Shown here: piece by piece, positions 52,771 through 64,000 of the stretch
How the letters are laid out: every line of letters begins with the position of its first letter
How positions within the stretch are numbered: position 1 is the first letter of the stretch
Assembly (NCBI GenBank): GCA_951406725.2
Contig: OX597815.1
Coordinates: forward strand, 107,632,001 to 107,696,000
Length of the DNA stretch: 64,000 bases
Direction: 5' to 3'
DNA from: Octopus vulgaris
Taxonomy: Eukaryota
Notes under the pieces: generated by a model
Database searches by the model: none
Told to the model about the DNA's origin: nothing
The model's input: only the letters and a program-made list of their open reading frames with translations
Translations under genes and position numbers: made by a program

Positions 52771-54171
52771 TACTCATAAACTATATATATAACATTGAAT
52801 GACATCAGTAGCATGGAGAGAGGAGGCTTGTATGCATGGGCAACTGCTGGTCTTCCATAAACAACCTTGCCCAGACTTGTGCCTTGGAGGTTAACATTCT
52901 ACGTGCAATTCTACGGTCATTTATGACAGAAGGGTGATTTTACCCTTTATATATATATATATATTTTTAAGAGCACGTGTTTAAAAAGGTTTAACAAAAG
53001 TTCTCACACAGTAGAAAAAAACTTCCTCCCCAAAAAGTTTAGTAACATCTTCATAAAAGATTTCATAACATTTTTTAAAAAAAGTTTTTAAAAAAACGCC
53101 TTTACAATTTAAAAACTGTATTAAGTAATTCTCATAGACTTTGAAATATACATATCATCATCATCATCATTGTCGTCGTTTAATGTCCACTTTCCATGCT
53201 GGCATGTGTTGGACTGAGGACTGGTGAGCCAGAAGGCTGTACCAGGTTCAGTCTGATCTGGCAAAGTTTCTACAGCTGGGTGCCCTTCCTAATGCCAACC
53301 ACCCTCCCATATATATAAAGATATATAACATGGGCTTCTTTTTGTTTCCATCTAACAAATCCACTCACAATGCTTTGGTCAACCTGGGGCTATAGTAGAT
53401 GATACTTGCCCAAGATGCAAGTATCTTATATATATATACACATGTTTACATATGTATATATATATCATCATTATCATACGTGCATTATATATGTATACAT
53501 TCATATACATATGTGCATATATGTGTGTATGTATCTAAGTTTGTTATGCATTTGAATATGAATATTGATTTGTATATGTGTGTATATATCAGTGTAAATC
53601 TATGTCAGTATGTGTATAATAATATAGTACCATGTAGATGAGTGCATATGTGCACTCACCATTTGAAAATAATACATAAACTTATAGAAAACAATGCGTT
53701 TTACTCTATGGAATATTTATTTTGTTATTTAATGTTTATTTGTTTTGTTTTTAATTTATATTATTTGTCTGAATGTCTCAATTTTTTTAACTGCTTGTTC
53801 CTGTATTATTTGTAATAGCCTTTTTGTGTGTGTATGCGTGTGCACCCGTGTATGAGCTTTGTATTTATTATGGCAGTTGTTTTTCTCTCTATAGCAAATA
53901 TCAGCTTTTTAAGGAAGAAGATACATCTGCAGGCAAAAGATATTTACCCTATTCTTTTTTTCTGCATACACACAAAACTATATAGACATACACACAAGTT
54001 TACCTTGACACAAAGACACGCACAACTATAAAAGCATCTCGCGCTCTCTCTTTCTCCTTTTCTCTCTTTCTTTCTCTCTCTCTCTCTAGCTATCTATCTT
54101 TGTGTCAACTTCTTTTTTGTATCTATGTGTGTATGTATGTATGCATTGATGCCTGCATGCATATATGTAAG

Positions 54172-54203
<32 letters not shown>

Positions 54204-54204
54204 C

Positions 54205-54246
<42 letters not shown>

Positions 54247-54746
54247 TTCTATCTATCTGTATATATATATATGCATACAAACAATACATACACTTGTGCA
54301 TACATATGCTTATGCACACACATGCACATGCACACACTCTTTTGCTCACACACATATATACATTCATATAACTGCAAACACTACATTCACAAAAATTTGA
54401 CAAAAGCAAACACACATACACACCCACACACCCGTATATGTGTATATATGCATGTATATATATTCTATATATCATATATATATGTGAGATTGTATAAATG
54501 TACATGCATATACATATATATGTACATATATATACACATACACATAAATACACTTACACATAGATACATCAAAAAATACCTCACTCACAACATGAATGAA
54601 TTTGTTGGAATCTACAATTACTTTCCAAGATGAAAAAAAGTAGTTGTAAAAGTATCAAACACTTTGAAAGCTAATGATGCGTATGTGTCTTTGTCAAATG
54701 GCAGTTAGCCATCTGAATGGAGAGAACAACAAATATGCCGAAGTAA

Positions 54747-54870
<124 letters not shown>

Positions 54871-54972
54871 GGATATAAAATGATGATGGTGATGATACAT
54901 ATATTTGTATATGTGCATATATATATATATATATATATACTTTATTTTAAGCAGCAGAAAATTCAACAAAAT

Positions 54973-55010
54973 CTGTTACTCTGAGTTTCTCGTTGCCGTT
55001 CATCAGACAG
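54973..55010 (-). ncRNA. Minimal type I hammerhead ribozyme (Penelope-type)
   Basis: Minus strand CTGT-CTGATGA-ACG(GCAA)CGA-GAAAC-TCAGA-GTA-ACAG; intact core, GNRA loop on a short stem II. Confidence 0.75.
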
Positions 55011-55026
55011 TTTTCGTGTTTACTCC

Positions 55027-55132
<106 letters not shown>

Positions 55133-55189
55133 TATATATGTGTATATGTATGTTTATATATATATATGCATATATATATTTATCATCAT

Positions 55190-55740
55190 CATCATCATCG
55201 TCGTTTGATGTCTGCTTTTCATGCTGGCATAGGTTGGACGGTTTGACTGAGGGCTGGCATGCTAGAAGGCTGCACCAGGCTTCAATCTGATCTGGCAAAG
55301 TTTCTACAGCCGGATGCCCTTCCTAATGCCAACCACTCTGAGAGTGTAGCGGGTGCTTTTTATGTGCCACCTGTACGAGGGCCAGTCAGGTAGTACTGGC
55401 ATTGACCATGCTTAAATGGTGCTTTTTACATGCCACCAGCATGGGAGCCAGTCAGGTAGCACTGGCATTAACAACGCTCAAATGGTGCTTTTTACGTGCC
55501 ACTGGCATGAGTGCCAATTAGGTAGTACTGTCATCAGTCATGACAATGACTTCAATTGACTGAACAGGTCTTCGCAAATGCAGTTTATTTCCCAATGATT
55601 GAAGGGTACTCTTAAATGAGCCGGTTATGCTGCACTGGCATAGGCCACGGTTATGGTCTCATTTGGCTTGCCAGGTCTTCTCAAGTACACCATATCTCCA
55701 AAAGTCTTGGTCAATTGTCATCACCTCCATGAGACTCAAC
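55190..55740 (-). mobile_element. 5'-truncated RTE LINE 3' end
   Basis: Reverse complement of the 45148-45760 type sequence. Confidence 0.85.
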
Positions 55741-55881
55741 ATATATAAATATGTATAATATACATATGTATACAAACACACACACATGCATGCACACACA
55801 CACACGTGCACACACACACACGCACACATATATATGTATATGGTTGGAATATGGATACTAAATGATGATGACACATATACA

Positions 55882-55920
<39 letters not shown>

Positions 55921-56011
55921 CCATGTACGTATATATATATATGTATATATATATATATACACACATACATGCATATATATATGTATATATACATATGTAT
56001 GTATACATATG

Positions 56012-56050
<39 letters not shown>

Positions 56051-56061
56051 GTATGTGTATA

Positions 56062-56113
<52 letters not shown>

Positions 56114-56153
56114 AATAAATGGTGGGGTTGTGTCAACCGCACGCTGAGAAATG

Positions 56154-57256
56154 ATAGGCAGAATGCTAAATTGAAAGTAAATTTTAATAAAAATGTGTGT
56201 ATGAAAAATTAAAAAAGAAAAAATAAATCAAATGGCTTTCATTGTAAGGCAAATTTTCGAGATTTGGAAGGGAAAAATTTTCTTTTTTAATTGAGGAAAG
56301 GGAAAAAAGAAATTTACAATGTTTTTTTCAAAAAAATAATAATACATATATACAAACATTAATAAATAAGTATACCAATACATTGTTGTGTCTTATGCTT
56401 TCAGAGTTCAATATTAGTCCTTGGAAAAACTTCTTTGGAGGATTAGGATGCATGTGTTTAAGTGTAGTGTTTAGTTTGAAAGAGTTGGGTGATTGTGTGT
56501 CAAAACAAGAAATGGGGTAGGAGTTATCCAGTTCCTGTGAGTAAGGGGAGATAATTCTGTGGATTTTGATGCTCTTTAATTGGAATGCTGGATTCTTTGT
56601 TAAACAGGATGCTTATATCAATTTTTTTTCAGATAGGATGCTAGAAAAAGGAGTATGGTCATCTCTTGCACTAGAGATAAAAATCCCAAATTTCACATAT
56701 TCCCTTTCTACCAATGTAAAGACAGAATCTCTACACAAGAAAGAATCAACAAGGAGAATCTTTTTAATGAAAAATTCCAAACGTGTCTTAATATGCAAAC
56801 TCCATGTTGACCATGTTCTTTTTTCTAGCATCCTATCTGACAAAAAATTGATATAAGCATCCTGTTTGACAAAAAATCCAGCAATCCAATAAAAGAGCAT
56901 GAAATCCACAGAATTGTCTCCCCCATTTCCTGTTTTGACACACAATCATCCAACTCTTTCAAACTTAAACACTACACTTAAACACATGCATCCTAATCCT
57001 CCAAAGCACTCTAATATTGAACTCTAAAAGCATAAGACACTTCAATGTATTGGTATACTTATTTATTAATTTTTGTATATATGTATTATTATTTTTTTAA
57101 AAAAGCAGTGTAAATTTCTTTTAAAAAGTTTTTCCCCCTTCCAAATCTTGAAAATTTGCCTTGCAATGAAAGCTGGTTTGATTTCTTTTTTCTTTTTTAA
57201 TTTTTCATACACCCATTTTTATTAAAATTTACTTTCAATTTAGCATTCTGCCTTAT
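56154..57256. repeat. Long inverted repeat (arms about 56154-56661 and 56808-57256, spacer about 146 bp)
   Basis: GGCAGAATGCTAAATTGAAAGTAAATTTTAATAAAAAT / ATTTTTATTAAAATTTACTTTCAATTTAGCATTCTGCC, with similarity along the arms and small indels. Confidence 0.9.
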
Positions 57257-57271
57257 TATTTTTTCCTCTCC

Positions 57272-57303
<32 letters not shown>

Positions 57304-57873
57304 TAATGTTAAATAAAAAATACTTGATATTTTCAGACTATAGAGGAGTGGGGGAGAAATTGTAATTTATGTATTGTTAAGAAAAGCCAAATTTTGAAGC
57401 ACTTGCAGCAACAAGTTATCAACCTTAGTTCAAAATTGGGAATACTTGAAAAATATAGACATCGACAAAAATTCCTGCTATGAACTTGGTTGGTGTCACC
57501 TTGAAAGTACTACTAAGCTGTTAGTGCACATTGGCATCTACATAACAAAGAACATGAATACCAACTCTGCTACTCCTAGATGGTTCACGATTGTAATGAA
57601 GGCTTCTTTCTTTGCTAGTGTCTCTACCCCATCCTCTATGCCTTAATCACTATATCCCTGACTCTACGTAGAAGTTCTACAGACGAGGTCTTCCCAGCAT
57701 AAAGTGATGGGAGATGTGTATCACCATTGGTGGTGGCTATATAGAGAAGGACTAATAATAATACCAAGTTTCATTTATCCCAGACTTTGGGAAGTGGACC
57801 GGGGGAAATCTTTAATGAACACCACTTGTATATTGTAGTATATATCTTTGGCTCTACATAGTTGCATATATTG

Positions 57874-57936
<63 letters not shown>

Positions 57937-58165
57937 TATATATATATATACACACACGTATATATATACATATATACGAGCTACAGTAGCATCCATGCTT
58001 AAGGGACATTTAAGTGACTAATATACTTCACAATGTCATGCAGCTACTGTTTATACCTCGCTCAGAGATTTATTATTGCTTGTTTACACTTTTTTGAGAT
58101 CGGTGACATTTCGTCACTGGAAAAAGGATATATATGTTTGCATTGAAAACCACTTCACATCGACA

Positions 58166-59886
58166 ACCGATGCTCGTCACTCTTCTGTGTTTTTTGGAAA
58201 GTGAGGCTGACTCAATGCAAAGCCACCATGTTAGGCGGAATGAAGAAAGCAAATGAAATGAAGACTTATGCAGAGGCTGCAGAAACTTGGGAAACCAAGA
58301 ATACATGCAGACTGAAGCAGGAACAAATGGAATGGGTTGTAAAGAAATTGAAAAAGTACAGCAGCATGGTGGAAGTTGGAGAAACACAAGTAAGACTAGT
58401 CATGCCTGAAGAAGAGATGAAGAAAATTGAGAAGAAAACTAATTTTTCGAACTTTTTCGAATGAAAATAGAAGAGTGGAGAGAACTCCAGAGGAGGAAAT
58501 AGAAAAACTAATTACGAGCAGCATTGAAGAGAAAATAATCTTCCTCAATAGAGGAAAGGAATACGGGACAGTGGCAGCCATATTTGAAAGGGAAGAAGAT
58601 GTAGTGACAAATTATAAACAGGTGATAGAAGGGAAGAAATGGTCACTATTGCCTAGCACTCCAGGGAAGACATTGATAAAAATTAGAGTTCGAAGAGTAC
58701 CTCCAACGATAGAACCTGAGTGGGTAACAGTGGCCGTTTTTGGCTTGAAGCTGTGAAAAGGAAGTCCAAAATTGGAGATTCAGCTGGTAAACAGAACCAA
58801 ATGTTGGAATTTCTGGGATTACAGCATTGAAATAATCAGAGCTGTAACCCCAGAATATTACAAAGAAGTGCCCAAAACAATAGAGATGCCGACAGGGGAG
58901 AGGCTGGATATAATACTTATGGGAAGACTACCCAGGTGTTACAGGTGTGGACTAAGAGGACACAAAATAAAAAATTGTAAATCAGTTGTGGAGATAGCAA
59001 GAGAAATACAAGAAGAAATAATGAAAGAACAAAGGAAAAGAGGACTGGCAGAAAAAGAAAAACTGGCAGAAAAAGAAAGACTAGAAGAGACAAAAAGCAG
59101 AAAGCATAAAAGAAAGAAGTCACCAACAACAGTAGAAATAAAAAGGTGCAAAAGTATGGAAGAAGAAATGCAACAAAAAATAGAAAATGTAGAAGAACCA
59201 ATAACAGAGATATCAGAAGGGGAGGTGGAAGTACAAAGCGATGAGGAAATTGAGCAAAAGAGCCAGGAGGCGTATGACAAAGGTATACAGAAGAAAGGTG
59301 AGGAATTGCAGTCGCAAGAATGCGAAAAAATACAGACAATCGAATTACAGTGGAGAGGAGAACTAGAAGAGCAAGGAAACAGAAGACGAAGGAAACATGG
59401 AGAAAAACATAACGAGATGGGATGAAAAAAGGTTAATATAATAAATTGTGGAAAAATTACAACTGGAAAAAAAGAATGTGAACATTGTAAATTATGTTAA
59501 ACAAAAAGAAAATAATGGAAAAAGAACTGATGAATGGACAAGTAATTAAAAGTTGTAAAAAAAAGAGTTTAATTTTCTGTTGTAAAAGGACACATATGAA
59601 CGGTTAAATTAAAGGAAAATATGAAAGGATAGGTCACAGTTTCACATTTTAGTGAAACTAGAGGTAGTTTTAAAGTTAATTGTAAAGTCTAATCATAAAG
59701 TTTATTGTAAAGGTATTCACGGTTCATCTCTCAGCGGGGGCGAAGTGGCCATCTCATTTGAATCATATTTATGTTCATTAATCATTTCATTTATCATTTT
59801 TCATCCGTCTTTATGTCCCCGCATATCCGTTGTATGTCCCTTCTATATATCAAGCCTTGTGCTTATAATAAAGAACTAAAGAGATA
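58166..59886 (+). mobile_element. ORF1-only Tx1-like element, unit A (frameshifted gag-like ORF1)
   Basis: ORFs 58201-58464, 58427-58756 and 58772-59425 rebuild MKTYAEAA..FRTFS..PEWV..MGRLPRCYRCGLRGHKIKNC. No EN/RT coding. Ends TAATAAAGAACTAAAGAGATA. Confidence 0.75.
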
Positions 59887-61553
59887 ACCGGTGCTCATCA
59901 CTTTCTGTTGTTTTTTTTTAAAGTGAGACTGAGTTTGTTGCGGGACCGCATTGTTGGGCTGAATGGAAAAGACTGAAATGAAGAGCTATGCGGAGACTGC
60001 TGGAATGCAGGAAACTGAGAACTCACGTATGCTGAAACAGGAGAATATGGAGTGGGACGTGAAGAAGCTGAGAAAGTATAGCCGCATGGTACAGAAAGAA
60101 GAAACCAATATCAAACTAATTATGCCAGAAGACGAAAAAAGAAAATTTATGAACAAAACAATATTATTCAGAACCTTCTCTAACGAAAACAGAAGAATGG
60201 GAAAAGCACCACAAGAAGAAATTGAAGAATTACTACTGGAAAGTATAAGTGAAGAAATACAAGAGGAAGGGAATATGGGACAATAATGGTTACATTTGCA
60301 ACAGAAGAAGATCCAAGATCGAATAAGAGACAAGTGATAGAAGGAGAAAAATGGTTACTAATACCAAACACTCCAGGAAAAAGACTCATCAGAATCAGGG
60401 TAGGAAAAATCCCACCAATGATAGAACCAGAATGGGTGATAGTAGCGATTTTTGGTGATAATTTACTGAAAGGAAATACAAAGTTAAGAGTTCAGATTGT
60501 GAGCAGGACTGAAAACTTGAATTTCTGGGGATATGGCATAGAAGTGGTCTGCACCGTAACCCCAGAATATTACGAAGAGTTACCCGAAACAATGGAACTA
60601 CAAACAGGAAAGAAACTAGAAGTAATATTGCAAGGAAGACTCCAAAAATATTATGAATGTAGCAATAGAGGACACATGAGAAGGAATTGCATTAATACAA
60701 TTATGAAAATGGTGGCAGTGTATATACTGGAAGAAGTAGTAAGAAAAATGGAAAATAATGAAAAGGCAGCAGAGGCAAAAAAGAACCAAGGGAACAGAAG
60801 AAGAAATACAATCCATGACAAAAAATACAGAAGAACCATCAATAGAAGCAACAGAGAAGGAGTTGGAATTGCAGAGTGATGCAGAGAAAAAGCAAGAAAA
60901 CCTAGAATCGTGGAAACCAAATGATAAAAATGCACAGAGGAAAAACACAGAATTGCAGTCTGAGGAATGCATAGATACGCAAATGCAGGAAAGCATGGAC
61001 GTACAAGTGAATGAATTCACAGACTTAAGGAGGGAAATACAAGAACAACGGGAAAATGGAAGGAAAAGGAAACAATGCAAAAACAAAAATGTGAAGGAAA
61101 AATATAGTAAGACAGGATACTAAATGGTAAGTATTTAAATTGTGAAAAGACTGTAACTGAAAAAAAGTATTATAGTTTGAACTTTACAGACTTTAAGAAA
61201 AAAGACGAAAATAATGTAAATTTGAACTGTTAATGAACAAGTTTCTTTAAGTTTTGGTAAACTATGATAAACAGTTTTCTTTTGTTGTAAAAAAAAGAAA
61301 TTAAGAAAGAACATTATAACCATTTATTGTAGAAGTTATAATGATAAGGCAAAGAACAAAGGAAGAAGTCGCAGTTTCAACTCAGAGTGAAACTAAACGT
61401 CATCGAAAGGTTTAAGTGTAAAAAGGTATTCATCGTCTCATTTGCATTATTTATATATCATTTCACATATCATCCTTCATGTCTTTTATGTTCCCGCATG
61501 TCTTTGTATGTCCCCCTCTATATTTAGGCCTTGTGCCTGTAATAAAGAGATAA
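59887..61553 (+). mobile_element. ORF1-only Tx1-like element, unit B (frameshifted gag-like ORF1)
   Basis: ORFs 59963-60286, 60286-60879 and 60758-61123 are collinear with unit A (MKSYAETA..FRTFS..PEWV..GRLQKYYECSNRGHMRRNC). Ends GGCCTTGTGCCTGTAATAAAGAGATA. Confidence 0.75.
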
Positions 61554-61565
61554 ACCAGTGATTGT

Positions 61566-61610
61566 CACATGCTGATGAAAGGTCAATACCCAGAAACTCA
61601 GGTCCGTGTG
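61566..61610 (+). ncRNA. Minimal type I hammerhead ribozyme
   Basis: CACATG-CTGATGA-AAGG(TCAATA)CCCA-GAAAC-TCAG-GTC-CGTGTG: 6-bp stem I, intact core, GUC cleavage triplet, weak stem II. Confidence 0.65.
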
Positions 61611-61776
61611 TATCATGTCAAGCTGGAGATGGGAAGGATGGCTTCCCTTTGCAAATACTGATAGGGCACAGAAAGTGTGTCAATAGCCAGCTGGTGGAGG
61701 TGTCCTCCTGGGGCTACAAGCTACAGTAGCATCCACCCTTAAGGGTTAGCCACATTTAAGTGGCAAATATACTTCA

Positions 61777-61815
<39 letters not shown>

Positions 61816-61865
61816 GATGGATAGATGGATAGATAGATGGCTAGCAAGATATAGATATATATATA

Positions 61866-62708
61866 CTAGCTGACATACCCACTAATTCCCAGGAAAGTGG
61901 GGCTTATCTCTTGGTTCTGTTCTCATAATTGTTTTGCTAATCCAATAACAACAATACAAAGTATGTAACCCTTAAAACGGTTCTTGTGCATTTACTGAGA
62001 ATATTGAACTGTCTTACTCAGGATCTTATTTTTAGGAATTCCAATAAGTTATGAATACCCAAATTGTGAAGCCAGTTATGTAATAATATGAAATTAGTTA
62101 CCCAATAGTAAGAATTCAAATAAAGTAGCCCCGCAAAAAGCATTAATGCATTTCCAGAGTGTATAGAACTTAGGAGGAAATACTAATAAGGTATGTATAC
62201 TAAAATTATGAAGGATGTTACATAATAACAGGCTAATCAAATATGAGATAATAACAATTCAAAGTAAATAACTCTGAAAAGGGCTTTTGTGCATTCCCAG
62301 AGAATACTACCCTCAGTGGCGCTAGTGTTGGTATATTCGTGAATAAGTCACTAACAGAAATAAGTGGATCTATTGTTTAGGAAAATACTATATACTTGTC
62401 TAAGGGTTGTACTGGATAAATTGCAAAAATAACTCAAACAGTTCAAATACTAAGAAATAAGCATGCTCAATTTGATTTATACCAAATGATATTGGAAAAT
62501 GAATGGGTTATTTCCCTTGACTGTTAAAATGAAATATATATAAGGATACCATCCAGGGGCCCTATTATGAGTATGTCATAAGGTTCCCAGACATGATTTC
62601 TACTTATGTGTCAACTTTCATCAAAATCGATAAAACGATGTAGGAAGAGTTAGCTAACAACTCCACAAACACACCTACAGACAGAATTTCTCACATATGT
62701 AGTATTTA
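61866..62708 (-). mobile_element. Non-autonomous Helitron with degenerate internal ~150-bp repeats
   Basis: Minus-strand 3' end ..GTCAGCTAG|T at 61866; 5' region with CAAAATCG..ACAGACAG; three related segments near 61945, 62103 and 62248. Confidence 0.55.
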
Positions 62709-62840
62709 TACTATATATATATATTTTAATATTTTGCTTAGGCATAGTGTGACTAACAACCTGGTGTAGAACTCAATATATGTATGGACAGAACACAATG
62801 TTAGATGAGTGTAGAGTGGTAACAGAAAACAAGGAGATGA

Positions 62841-62884
<44 letters not shown>

Positions 62885-63749
62885 ATGTATGCATGTGTGT
62901 GTGTGTGTGTATGTGTACATTACTAAAATATTGAGACATCATCTTTGTGTACTGTGCTAGCAGTAATAGACCCATCGGTGAAGTTATATGTCTTCCTGTG
63001 GAGAAGGGAATGGAAAGAAAACAGAAAACAAAAGCAGTATGATTATTTAAGGCAGCGCTCCAGCATGGTCGCAGTCAAATGACTGAAACAAGTAAAAGAA
63101 TAAGAGAACAAAAGAATTTACTGCCATATTTATATGCCGCACTTCATTGTTTGCTTGGTATAAATCTGCGGAAAGAGATAGTACTTTGCAACTACTTTTC
63201 AAAAATATGATGAAGAACAAGCACTTCTTTTGCTTACTTGCATATCTCTACATTTGTTGGCATCAAATAATTTTACATGAAATAATGGAAAGAGTAAGAA
63301 ATTCTAAGACGCAATGGTGTGAAGTGCCAGCTGCATATATATATGTGTATAAATACAAGAAGCAATTATAGTGCACACTACCACACAAGACAACGCAGAA
63401 CTACGTAGGAAAATATAAGACAACACATCTTTACTCTAGAGAATACCTATAAAAATAGATGATTAAAAACAGAATCAACATTCATAAGACAGCACTGTTA
63501 AAATAAACAACCAAGTAATGCACAGTAATCACAAACGAAAAAAAACACCTGAATGATCACACACACACACACGCACGCATGCACATACACACAAACATGC
63601 ATGCATGTGGTAAAAAGCTTGCTTCCCAACCACATGGTTCTGGATCCAGTCCCACTGTGTGGCACCTTGGGCAGGTGTCTTCTACTATAGTCTCAGTCTG
63701 ACCAAACTCTTGTGAGTGGATTTGGTAGATGGAAACTGAAAGAAACCGG

Positions 63750-63791
<42 letters not shown>

Positions 63792-64000
63792 ATATATATA
63801 TATGAGCAGGAGTGGGTATGTAGTAAGTAGCTTGCTTACCAGCCACATGGTTATGGGTTCAGTCCCACTGCATGGCACCTTGGGCTACTATAGTCTACTA
63901 TAGTCTTGGGCCAACCAACGCCTTGTGAATGGATTTGATAGATGGAAACTGAAATAAGCCCATCATATATATGTGTGTGTGTGTGTGTGTGTATATATAT

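Larger units (their letters stand above)
57979..61780 (+). mobile_element. Small (about 420 bp pre-insertion) hammerhead-bearing element with ~56-62-bp terminal direct repeats, split by two ORF1-only insertions
   Basis: AGCTACAGTAGCATCC..CATTTAAGTG..AATATACTTCAC at 57979-58034 and 61719-61780; flanked by (TA)n. Confidence 0.6.

Overview
AT-rich, microsatellite-dense eukaryotic (metazoan) DNA made almost entirely of transposable elements and simple repeats; no host protein-coding gene can be supported. The repeat landscape (tRNA-derived SINEs, RTE-tailed repeats, CR1, Penelope, mariner) suggests a cephalopod such as Octopus (inference only). Main items: (1) a near-intact 5.26-kb L1/Tx1-type retrotransposon (23970-29231, minus) with a perfect 16-bp flanking duplication and a single homopolymer frameshift, nested in a non-autonomous Helitron that is itself inside a hAT MITE; (2) two tandem ORF1-only Tx1-like elements (58166-61568) delimited by a repeated 15-bp motif that overlaps stem I of a hammerhead ribozyme in a small direct-repeat-bounded host element; (3) a SINE family sharing its 3' tail with these elements; (4) several minimal Penelope-type hammerhead ribozymes, a decayed Penelope GIY-YIG domain and two long fold-back inverted repeats; (5) decayed CR1, RTE, R4/Dong, mariner and DD37D maT copies. 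Most ORFs in the supplied track are microsatellite or antisense artefacts. Boundaries of decayed repeats were estimated by eye.
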